DNA of 49,072 nucleotides from Patescibacteria group bacterium (GTDB lineage Bacteria; Patescibacteriota; JABMPQ01; JBFLZX01): NCBI GenBank assembly GCA_040756075.1, contig JBFLZX010000002.1, positions 1 to 49,072 of the forward strand, read 5' to 3'. Shown piece by piece: positions 8,206 to 16,371 of this stretch (position 1 is its first letter; each line of letters starts with the position of its first letter). The notes under the pieces were generated by a model. It saw only the letters and a program-made list of their open reading frames with translations, ran no database searches and was not told where the DNA came from. The position numbers and the translations under genes were made by a program.

Positions 8206-9681
8206 ATGTTAAAACAAAATCAGGTTGCTATCTTTGGAGAAACAAATTTTCGCAACCAGAAAGTAAAATTTGGTATTAAGCCTGACGATCGGCGTCGTCA
8301 TATGTATTTAATTGGCAAAACAGGAATGGGCAAGACAAATTTAATGGAACATATGGCTATTTCAGATATTCAGGCAGGTAATGGTTTATGCGTTGTTGAT
8401 CCTCATGGCGAATTCGCTGACAAAATGCTGGATTATGTGCCAACTCATAGAGTTAATGATGTTGTTTATTTTAATCCTGGAGATATGGATTGGCCGATTG
8501 CTTTTAATGTTATGGAAGCAGTTGACCCACGTTATAAACATTTAGTTGCTTCGGGTTTAATTGGTGTTTTTAAAAAAATTTGGGCAGATTCTTGGGGACC
8601 GCGGCTGGAATACGTTTTGCGAAATGCCATTTTAGCCTTGCTGGATTATCCCGGTTCAACTCTTTTGGGTATTATGAGAATGCTGGTGGATAAAAACTTT
8701 CGCAAGAAAGTGATAAGACAAATTAAAGATCCAGTCGTTAAATCTTTTTGGGTTGATGAATATTCTAAATATCCTGATCGTTTTCAGGCAGAAGCTATCG
8801 CTCCTATTCAAAACAAAGTTGGCCAATTTTTGTCTATTTCTTTGATCCGCAATATTGTTGGACAAGTGAAATCAAAAATTGATATGCGAGAGGTTATGGA
8901 TAATAAAAAGATTTTGCTTTTAAATTTAGCAAAAGGAAAAGTTGGCGAGGATGCTTCGGCACTTTTTGGAGCGATGGTGATTACCAAAATACAACTGGCG
9001 GCAATGTCGCGAGTAGATGTTCCAGAGTCACAACGAACTGATTTCTATCTTTACGTTGATGAATTTCAAAATTTTGCCACAGATGCCTTTGCCGATATTT
9101 TATCAGAGGCGAGAAAGTATCATTTGAATTTAATTATTGCTCATCAATACATTGGCCAATTAGAAGTAGGCGGCTCAACAAGAGTTCGCGATGCAGTTTT
9201 TGGCAATGTGGGAACGATTGTTTCTTTTCGCATCGGAGCGCAGGATGCAGAGTTTTTGGCGCGGGAATTCGAACCTATATTTAACGAAAATGATTTAGTC
9301 AATTTAACCAAATTCAATATTTATCTGAAATTGATGATTGATGGGGTGGCTTCAGCGGCTTTTTCGGCGATTACTTTGCCGCCGGTCTGGAAAAAATTTG
9401 GCAATCGCCAAAAGATTGTCCGTGTTTCTCGTGAGCGTTACGCGGCGAGCCGCGAAATTGTTGAGGATAAAATAGCTAGATGGTCAGGAATGGAAGAAAG
9501 TGAGGGCGGAGAAGATGAGGATGAGGAAATGCCACAAAAAGATGAAACACGAAAAAAACCTTCGCGTCAGGATATTCCTATTCCCGAAGATTTCAAGCGG
9601 CGCGGGAAAGAACCATTTAAAAAAGAAGATATTCATCAGCCGTTTAAAAAAGCGTTTGAGCAGTTAAAAAAGATTGATTAA
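8206..9681 (+). CDS. TraD/VirD4-like (type IV coupling protein family) P-loop ATPase without a TM anchor
   Basis: Walker A is IGKTGMGKT and Walker B-like is FYLYVDEFQNF. NLIIAHQYIGQL resembles the TraG-D_C region. The C-terminal tail is charged. Confidence 0.75.
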   Translation: MLKQNQVAIFGETNFRNQKVKFGIKPDDRRRHMYLIGKTGMGKTNLMEHMAISDIQAGNGLCVVDPHGEFADKMLDYVPTHRVNDVVYFNPGDMDWPIAFNVMEAVDPRYKHLVASGLIGVFKKIWADSWGPRLEYVLRNAILALLDYPGSTLLGIMRMLVDKNFRKKVIRQIKDPVVKSFWVDEYSKYPDRFQAEAIAPIQNKVGQFLSISLIRNIVGQVKSKIDMREVMDNKKILLLNLAKGKVGEDASALFGAMVITKIQLAAMSRVDVPESQRTDFYLYVDEFQNFATDAFADILSEARKYHLNLIIAHQYIGQLEVGGSTRVRDAVFGNVGTIVSFRIGAQDAEFLAREFEPIFNENDLVNLTKFNIYLKLMIDGVASAAFSAITLPPVWKKFGNRQKIVRVSRERYAASREIVEDKIARWSGMEESEGGEDEDEEMPQKDETRKKPSRQDIPIPEDFKRRGKEPFKKEDIHQPFKKAFEQLKKID

Positions 9682-9780
9682 CTATTATTCAATTAACGAA
9701 TTAACGTATTACGAATTTAAGTCGAGCAGAGCTCGACAATAATTCGTTAATCCGCAATTCGTTAATAAATAATTTTTAAA
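9682..9780. repeat. TTAACGAATT-family palindromic intergenic element
   Basis: caattaacgaattaacgtattacgaatt-taagtcgagcagagctcgaca-ataattcgttaatccgcaattcgttaat. Related copies at 39140-39240 and 44846-44930. Confidence 0.8.
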
Positions 9781-9782
9781 TT

Positions 9783-10028
9783 ATGTCAAATGAAACACAA
9801 ATCTCAAAACCCAAATTTCCTTGGGCACGATTTTTAGCCGTCTCAATTTTCTATGTTATTATCACCCAAGTTATCCACACCGTCGCGGCTATGCTGACAA
9901 TGAAGTATTATTTAATGGAAGAATATTTTCCTATCTGGTCGCGCATTATGATGCCTGCTGAAGGCGCGCCGTCAACCTCTTTTTATTATTATTCGTTAGC
10001 GTTTGGGTTTATTTCCGCTCTGCTTTAG
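9783..10028 (+). CDS. small membrane protein, 5' fragment (frameshift-split)
   Basis: Hydrophobic ORF ending at a TAG inside ctgctttag. The -1 frame stays open and continues into the next ORF. Confidence 0.5.
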   Translation: MSNETQISKPKFPWARFLAVSIFYVIITQVIHTVAAMLTMKYYLMEEYFPIWSRIMMPAEGAPSTSFYYYSLAFGFISALL

Positions 10029-10051
10029 TCTATTGGATTATAAAAAGCGGC

Positions 10052-10243
10052 TTGCCGGGAAAAACAGCGATAAAAAAAGGCTTAGTCTATGGATTTTTAG
10101 TCTTTCTGGTCGCCGGCATTCCCGGTTATTTAGCGATGATTTTATTGTTTAATTTGCCAATGGCGTTGGTTATTTTTTGGACAGGTGAGAGTTTAATCAT
10201 CTATATTTTAAATGGGTTGATTGTGGGGAAAATTATGAAGTAA
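10052..10243 (+). CDS. small membrane protein, 3' fragment (frameshift-split)
   Basis: The frame is open from before 10019 (..SALVYWIIKSGLPGKTAIKKGLVYGF..). There are two TM helices and only a TTG start. Confidence 0.5.
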   Translation: MPGKTAIKKGLVYGFLVFLVAGIPGYLAMILLFNLPMALVIFWTGESLIIYILNGLIVGKIMK

Positions 10244-10330
10244 GATATTAGATAAAAGATAATAGATGTTAGTATTTTTGAGAACATCATCTAAAATCTA
10301 TTATCTAATATCTACCATCTAATACAAAAA
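10244..10330. repeat. palindromic intergenic element (AGATA/ATCTA units)
   Basis: gatattagataaaagataatagatgtt... mirrors ...catctaaaatctattatctaatatc. Confidence 0.75.
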
Positions 10331-10332
10331 CC

Positions 10333-12732
10333 ATGATCAAAACAAAGACTATTTTAAGCGCGCTGATTTTTAGCGTGGGATTTTTGTTGCTTTGCGGTTT
10401 TTTTGTCCACGCTCAAGCCGCGATTACGAAAATGGAAGAATCTTGGAGTTCTTCTGGCGATGATCAGGCTTCTGCTTTGTATGGTTTTACTACCGCAACA
10501 GCTGGAGATGTTAATGGCGATGGATATGATGATGTGATTGTTGGAGCCCAGGGTTATAATTCAAATACTGGTAAAGTTTATTTATATTTAGGAAGCGCAA
10601 ATGGCGTGAGTACGGAAGCTGATTGGACCTCAACAGGCGATAACACAACTGGGGATAATTATGGTGTGCGAGTTGCGGGAGCTGGAGATGTAAATGGCGA
10701 TGGTTATGATGATGTAATTGTTGGCGCTGAAGGAGCAAATGGTCATGCAGGCAAAGCTTTTGTTTATCATGGTTCAGCTTCTGGCTTAAGCTCTTTTGCA
10801 AACTGGACCTATACCGAAAGTCAGGCTAATGCTTTTTTAGGTTTTTCGGTTGCCAGCGCTGGTGATGTGACTGGCGATGGTTATGATGATGTAATTGTTG
10901 GTGCTTATAAATATGACGCAACAAATGCTGATGCAGGGAGAGTTTATCTTTTTTTGGGAAGCGCAAGCGGTTTGAGTGGGACAGCAAGTTGGCAATCTTC
11001 TGGCGATGATCAGGCAGGAGCCTGGTATGGCCGGCGAGTAATGTCAGCTGGTGATGTAAATGGTGATAGTTACGATGATGTTTTGGTTGGTGCAGATCAA
11101 TATGATGCTTCTGGCACAGACACAGGCAAAGCTTATCTTTATTATGGCGGGGTGGCTGGTTTAAGTGTCCTTGCGGTTTGGATTTCTTCTGGCGATGACC
11201 AGGCTGGGGCGAGGTTTGGCATGAGTGTTTGGGGTGAGGATATTAATAATGATGGTTATTCTGATATTATTATTGGCGCCCATCAATACACCACCAGCAA
11301 TTCTCAAGCTGGCAAAGTTTATCTTTATTTGGGCAATGCTACCTGGCCAGCCAGCACCCCTACTTGGACTTCTTCTGGCGATGATCAGGCAGGAGCCTGG
11401 TATGGTTTTTCTGCACCAACAGTTGGTGATGTAAATGGCGATGGATATAAAGATGTTTTTGTTGGTGCAGTGCGTTATGATAATTCTGCCGGTGTTAATA
11501 CTGGAAAATCCTATCTTTATTTAGGCAATGCAAATAGTTTAAGTAGTTCGATAGAATGGGCTGTGGAGGGCGATCAAGCAAATAGTGATCCAAATGGCGG
11601 GGAGCGGCTTGGTATCAGCACAGCCGGAGCTGGCGATGTAAATGGCGATGGCAAAGATGAAATTTTAATCGGCTCTGAAGGCTACAATACAAGCGCGGGT
11701 AGAGCCTGGGTTTATACGAACAATGCTATTTTTTCTATTTCAATTAATTCTGGCGCCCAGTATGCAAATTCGCAAACCGTAACAATTACATCTTCGGCTT
11801 CTACTTCATCGGATCCAGCACAAATGATGGTTTCTGAAAATTCGGATTTTGCAAGTAGCTCTTGGGAAAGTTATTCGGCAGATAAATCTTTTACTTTATC
11901 ATCAGGTGATGGAGAAAAAACTGTTTATGTTAAATTTGGAGACGGCAGTGGCGGCCAGACGCAAGCAGTTAGTAATAGCATTATTTTAGATACTACCGCG
12001 CCAAGCACTTCTGTTGCGCCGCGAGCCGCCAGATACAAAAATATTCAAACTGTTACTTTAACGAGTCAGGATAGCGGTTCTGGCGTGGATAAAATTTATT
12101 ACACTACTAATACAAAAACACCTTTGGGATTTTTTAAAGTTTATACTAAACCTTTTAAGTTGAGTCAGGATACCACTTTGAGATATTTTGCTCAAGATGA
12201 AGCAGGAAACCAAGAGCAAGTCAAAACAAAAAAATATATTATCAAATCGGCAAAATTCGTCTTTAACAAAGCAAAGAAATACCAAATAAAAATCAAAAAG
12301 AAAAATAAAAAATACTCTGCTAATGACTTTACCTTTCTTTTTAAAAAACTTCCCAAGTTTCTTAAAGAACCAAAATATTATTTGGAGATTCAAAGATTCA
12401 AAAAATACCCCCAAGATTACCAAAATGCCAAACAGTCAATCCTTAAGAAATATTGGCAAGTCAAAACAAATCTAAATGAATACCAATCTGAAAACAAAAA
12501 GAACAATTTTAAAATAAATTTTGTCTTCAAATACACAAATAAAGAACTCAAGGCCCTAAAAAGAAAAAATAAAAATTTAAAAGAAAAGAATCTTGTGCTA
12601 AAATATTATTATCCACAGAAGAAAGCTTGGTATAAGGCAGTAGCCAAACACAACAAAAAGAAAAATATTTTTACTATTACGATTTTTAGCTTTAATTTTC
12701 AAAACAATTTGTTCACCATTGGACAGAAATAA
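10333..12732 (+). CDS. secreted FG-GAP (integrin-alpha-like) repeat protein with Ig-like/CHB_HEX_C-like modules and a Lys-rich tail
   Basis: Signal peptide, then at least 7 repeats of the type G.S.A.AGDVNGDGYDDVIVGA....G..YLY.G. These are followed by TVTITS...GEKTVYVKF and IYYTTN...TLRYFAQDEAGN modules. The last ~165 aa are K/N/Y-rich. Confidence 0.85.
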   Translation: MIKTKTILSALIFSVGFLLLCGFFVHAQAAITKMEESWSSSGDDQASALYGFTTATAGDVNGDGYDDVIVGAQGYNSNTGKVYLYLGSANGVSTEADWTSTGDNTTGDNYGVRVAGAGDVNGDGYDDVIVGAEGANGHAGKAFVYHGSASGLSSFANWTYTESQANAFLGFSVASAGDVTGDGYDDVIVGAYKYDATNADAGRVYLFLGSASGLSGTASWQSSGDDQAGAWYGRRVMSAGDVNGDSYDDVLVGADQYDASGTDTGKAYLYYGGVAGLSVLAVWISSGDDQAGARFGMSVWGEDINNDGYSDIIIGAHQYTTSNSQAGKVYLYLGNATWPASTPTWTSSGDDQAGAWYGFSAPTVGDVNGDGYKDVFVGAVRYDNSAGVNTGKSYLYLGNANSLSSSIEWAVEGDQANSDPNGGERLGISTAGAGDVNGDGKDEILIGSEGYNTSAGRAWVYTNNAIFSISINSGAQYANSQTVTITSSASTSSDPAQMMVSENSDFASSSWESYSADKSFTLSSGDGEKTVYVKFGDGSGGQTQAVSNSIILDTTAPSTSVAPRAARYKNIQTVTLTSQDSGSGVDKIYYTTNTKTPLGFFKVYTKPFKLSQDTTLRYFAQDEAGNQEQVKTKKYIIKSAKFVFNKAKKYQIKIKKKNKKYSANDFTFLFKKLPKFLKEPKYYLEIQRFKKYPQDYQNAKQSILKKYWQVKTNLNEYQSENKKNNFKINFVFKYTNKELKALKRKNKNLKEKNLVLKYYYPQKKAWYKAVAKHNKKKNIFTITIFSFNFQNNLFTIGQK

Positions 12733-12765
12733 TAAAATGTTTAACTTACGATGTTAAACAATATG

Positions 12766-12774
12766 TGCTATAAT
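12766..12774 (+). promoter_or_regulatory. candidate extended -10 element placing a transcription start at or near ATG 12781
   Basis: TG-c-TATAAT at 12766-12774. Only 6 nt separate the hexamer from the ATG at 12781, and no SD is visible. Confidence 0.35.
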
Positions 12775-12780
12775 ATAAAC

Positions 12781-13164
12781 ATGGCAAAACATCCGCCAAA
12801 ATCATTACAAGGCTATTTGTGGTCAGTTGATGTAAAACATTTAGATGTTGAAAGCGATAAAGTTTATATTATCCATCAAATTTTAGTCTATGGAGATTTT
12901 GAGGCATTAAAATGGTTATTCGAAAATTATTCATTAAAAGAAATAACAGAAGTTTTTATTAAATATCCCCAGAAAATTTATCCAAAGAATATTTTTAATT
13001 TTGTGAAAAATTTCATTTTACCACTTGGAGATTTAAAACTTGATGAAGATAAATATGTTACTTCAATTTTTGGAAAAATTAGACCGAGAGCGCCCGCCAA
13101 AGGATTTTTTGGGAACTTGAGGTATTTTCAAAAGAATTTGTTTTGGCTGGTGGCACTGCTTTAA
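12781..13164 (+). CDS. N-terminal domain ORF preceding or fused to an AbiEii-like nucleotidyltransferase
   Basis: MAKHPPKSLQGYLWSVDVKHLD... This ORF overlaps the next one. One extra T in the T6 run at 13105-13110 would fuse the two. Confidence 0.5.
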   Translation: MAKHPPKSLQGYLWSVDVKHLDVESDKVYIIHQILVYGDFEALKWLFENYSLKEITEVFIKYPQKIYPKNIFNFVKNFILPLGDLKLDEDKYVTSIFGKIRPRAPAKGFFGNLRYFQKNLFWLVALL

Positions 13165-13718
13165 TGTTTCAAATTGGCCACCGCTTGTCATATGATTTTG
13201 ATTGCTTTTCTGAAAAAGAATTAAAAAGAACTCTTCCACGAAAAGTAAAAAGAATTTTTGGCAGTAAAATTTCTATTAAGCTTGAAACAAGCGAACAATT
13301 CAGTTTTTTAACTAGAGAAAAAATAGGTATAACTTTTGCTATTCATCTTTATAAACCTTTAAAAAAGCCGATAAAGACTAAATCTATTCCCGTTTTTCAT
13401 TTAGAGGATTTAGTGGCAAATAAAGCGTATACGATTGGCCGTCGAGGAGCTTGGCGAGATTATGTTGATTTATTTTTCATCTTAAAATGGAAAATTAGTT
13501 CTTTTAAGAAAATAATTAAAGATACTGAACAGAAGTTTAATGGAGAATTCAGCCCTAAATTATTTTTAAACCAATTAGTATATTTTGATGATTTGAAAAT
13601 TCTGCCAGTAGAGTTTTTAAAGGAAATTTATACACCCAAACAAATTCAAAATTTCTTAAAACAAGAAGTCAGAAAATATTTGGAAGATTTTAAAAGAAAA
13701 ATAAAAATTAAAAATTAA
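13143..13718 (+). CDS. AbiEii/AbiGii-like nucleotidyltransferase domain protein
   Basis: FVLAGGTALMFQIGHRLSYDFDCF is the characteristic N-terminal NTase motif of the AbiEii (DUF1814-like) family. The called TTG start lies inside the motif, so the true N-terminus is upstream. Confidence 0.6.
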   Translation: MAGGTALMFQIGHRLSYDFDCFSEKELKRTLPRKVKRIFGSKISIKLETSEQFSFLTREKIGITFAIHLYKPLKKPIKTKSIPVFHLEDLVANKAYTIGRRGAWRDYVDLFFILKWKISSFKKIIKDTEQKFNGEFSPKLFLNQLVYFDDLKILPVEFLKEIYTPKQIQNFLKQEVRKYLEDFKRKIKIKN

Positions 13719-13792
13719 AATCATACTACGCTTCAAGAGAACGATTTTAATCTATTATGATTAATTGTTTGATTAAAGTTGTGGTACGGGGT

Positions 13793-16093
13793 ATGCGCAA
13801 ACTCACTATGCTTGTAGGAGTTATCTTCCTGCTTGCTCAAATGCTATTTTTATTAGCGCCAAAATTGGCAAGTGCTAATGGTATCACGCCACTTGTTGAA
13901 ACGCAAACGCGTTCTGTGGCGACAAATTTGGGATTGTATGGCGCCTACACTTGGGATATTGCTCGGGATCCCAACAGCAACTATGTTTACCTGGCAGCAG
14001 GCTACACGCCAAATGGATTTTTTCGATCAGCAGACGGCGGTTTAACTTGGAGCGGTCTTCCGAAAAATGTAGATTATGGTTCAGGTCAAGAAGTAGAGGT
14101 AAATTCAGCCAATAGCCATGTTTATGCTCTTTTGAAATCATTTATCGTCAGCACAGATAATGGCGCGACTTTTGTTGAGCGCACCGAAGCAGGCACAAAT
14201 AATTCAAGTTTTATCTATACGCAAGGAAAGATCTTTTTAGGGGGTGGTGATGGTACTGTAAAAATCAGTTCTGATGAAGCTGTGAGTTTTTCAACTGTAA
14301 CTATTGAGGCTGGAACAGTAATAAGATCTTTAGCCGCTTCTAGCGATGCTTTATATGCGATCAGCCGGAATTATGGCACTAATATTTTCAAACTTTATAA
14401 AAGCACAAATTGGGGTAGCGCCTGGACAGATTTAAATATCGCCGCTAGCGGTATTACCCAGCCAGAAAAAGTGGTAGTTAATCCAAACACTGATCATGTG
14501 TTTTTACTTCCTACTTCGTCTTCAGGCGAAAGTGCTTATCGGTCAGCAGACGGTGGGGCTAGCTGGACAGTTCTTGCTTCAACTACGCCAGCAAGCGGTA
14601 ATGCCTCTTTTGACTCAACTGGCAGAATGTATATGGGCTGGAAATATTCAACTGATGAAGGTGATAGCTGGACAGTTTTGCAAATACAAGGGAATTATGC
14701 CCATTCAATTTTTGTTGATCCAACAGACGATAACATTCTTTACGATACAACCGCTCCGGGATTTTCTAAAAGCGCAGATCGCGGCTTAACTTGGACAACT
14801 TCTGTTGAAGGCATTACAGGCACAGCAGTCTTAGATGTTGTCCAAGCCAAAGATAAAAATATTGTTTGGGTAGCCACGCAAAACGGGTTAGCAAAGACTG
14901 TTAATTTTTTATCTGACGTTCCGACTTGGCAATATCCGATTTCTACTGCCCCCGATGGCACGATTTATTCCAGTGGTCGAGATTCAATTTGGGTAAAGCC
15001 TGACGATTCAAATAAAGTTGTGGTCAGTAATTCCGCGGCAATTATGTATAGCACTGATGGCGGAACAACCTGGGCAACAGCGACAACGGCGATAGATATG
15101 GCCAATAAAGTAGCATTGCAGATTGTTGGCGATAAAAATAATATTTTATACGCCGCAGTTGGGTCGACCACAGGAGACTACGCCGCTATTGGTGGGGTAA
15201 TGAAGAGTACGGATGACGGTGCAACCTGGCAAAGTTTAGATTTTCCTTCTAATGCCGCAACACAATCAGTGGCTGTTGCGAAAAATGGTGATCTTTATGT
15301 TGGCGCGGGAGTCAAAGCCCACCAGCTCGCTACTTCTGAAACAGTTAAGGGTCTTTATAAATACGATAAAAGCGCGGATAAATGGTCAAAACTTGATTTG
15401 CCAAACCTTCACTACCCCGCAGTAATAGTTGATCCCGAAAATGCCAATGTAGTTTATGCTTTAGCTACTGGTTGGCCATCGAGCAAAAAAGCAGGATTTT
15501 ACAAATCTACTGATGCGGGCGCCACTTGGACACACGTTACTTCAGGTTTGTCGAATTTTATAGAGTTTACCACAATGACTGTGCAAAAATCCACCCGTCC
15601 AAATACACTTTATTTAGCAGGAACAAATAAAGATTACAAGGGCGTAATTTATAAATCATCAGATCTAGGTGAAAGATGGGGTTTATTTTATACTGGTTTG
15701 ATTAATGAAGAATTTAATACTTTGCTTTTTGATGGTCTTTTAGGCGGCAATGAGCGCGGACTCTACAGCTTAAAATCTAAAGCAAAAGTAGGAGTGGCAG
15801 CAAGTGCGAAAACTGTTAAAAAAGGCAAAAAAGTTGCTTTTACAGTCACGCTTAAAGACGCAGCAACCAAGAAGAAATTAAGTAAACGTTATGTTGCGCT
15901 TTATAAAAAAGTTGGCAAGAAATGGGTGAAGGTTAAAACGAAAAAAACTAATAAAAACGCAAGAGCTGTCTTTTCGGCGAAAGTAAAGAAAAACATTATT
16001 TTCCAAGTGCGGTTTAAGCCAAAGAAAAAATCCGACAAATCAGAATACGCGCTTTCAAAATCAAAGAGGATAAAAATAAAAGTGAAATATTAA
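13793..16093 (+). CDS. secreted Asp-box (BNR)/sortilin-Vps10-like beta-propeller protein with a C-terminal Lys-rich Ig-like domain
   Basis: Signal peptide, then many S-x-D-x-G-x-[TS]-W boxes (SADGGLTWS, STDNGATF, SADGGASWT, STDEGDSWT, SADRGLTWT, STDGGTTWA, STDDGATWQ, STDAGATWT). The start could be 13757 or 13793. Confidence 0.8.
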   Translation: MRKLTMLVGVIFLLAQMLFLLAPKLASANGITPLVETQTRSVATNLGLYGAYTWDIARDPNSNYVYLAAGYTPNGFFRSADGGLTWSGLPKNVDYGSGQEVEVNSANSHVYALLKSFIVSTDNGATFVERTEAGTNNSSFIYTQGKIFLGGGDGTVKISSDEAVSFSTVTIEAGTVIRSLAASSDALYAISRNYGTNIFKLYKSTNWGSAWTDLNIAASGITQPEKVVVNPNTDHVFLLPTSSSGESAYRSADGGASWTVLASTTPASGNASFDSTGRMYMGWKYSTDEGDSWTVLQIQGNYAHSIFVDPTDDNILYDTTAPGFSKSADRGLTWTTSVEGITGTAVLDVVQAKDKNIVWVATQNGLAKTVNFLSDVPTWQYPISTAPDGTIYSSGRDSIWVKPDDSNKVVVSNSAAIMYSTDGGTTWATATTAIDMANKVALQIVGDKNNILYAAVGSTTGDYAAIGGVMKSTDDGATWQSLDFPSNAATQSVAVAKNGDLYVGAGVKAHQLATSETVKGLYKYDKSADKWSKLDLPNLHYPAVIVDPENANVVYALATGWPSSKKAGFYKSTDAGATWTHVTSGLSNFIEFTTMTVQKSTRPNTLYLAGTNKDYKGVIYKSSDLGERWGLFYTGLINEEFNTLLFDGLLGGNERGLYSLKSKAKVGVAASAKTVKKGKKVAFTVTLKDAATKKKLSKRYVALYKKVGKKWVKVKTKKTNKNARAVFSAKVKKNIIFQVRFKPKKKSDKSEYALSKSKRIKIKVKY

Positions 16094-16330
16094 AATTCAA
16101 AATCCAAATGACAAATGTCAAATCAAATCCAAAATCCTAATGTCAAATTAACTCCACCTAGCCCCGAACCAGAACCCTCGGTTCGATACGGGGCAGGCCT
16201 CCCCTTATATTAAGGGGAGGAATGGAGGGGTTACGAATTTGGGATTTGAAAATTTTAACTCAAGTTTATGAAACCCCGTTAGAAATTTACTTTTTGTCGA
16301 AAGTTATATTTCTAGCAGGGTTTCATTTAA
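16094..16330. repeat. AAATCCAAA-family palindromic element plus a second adjacent palindrome
   Basis: Arm aaattcaaaatccaaatgacaaatgtcaaatc.. surrounds a centre ..ccccttatattaaggggaggaatggagggg that resembles the centre of 4280-4441. A second palindrome follows: tgaaaccccgttagaaat/atttctagcagggtttca. Confidence 0.75.
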
Positions 16331-16371
16331 GATTTAAAACTATGAGAAATTCATCAGGGATTTCTAACGGG

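Noticed and set aside
10333-12732. Diversity-generating retroelement target (repeated near-identical segments in a surface protein).
   Set aside because: The window has no reverse transcriptase and no template repeat outside the gene. The repeats are ordinary FG-GAP blade repeats.
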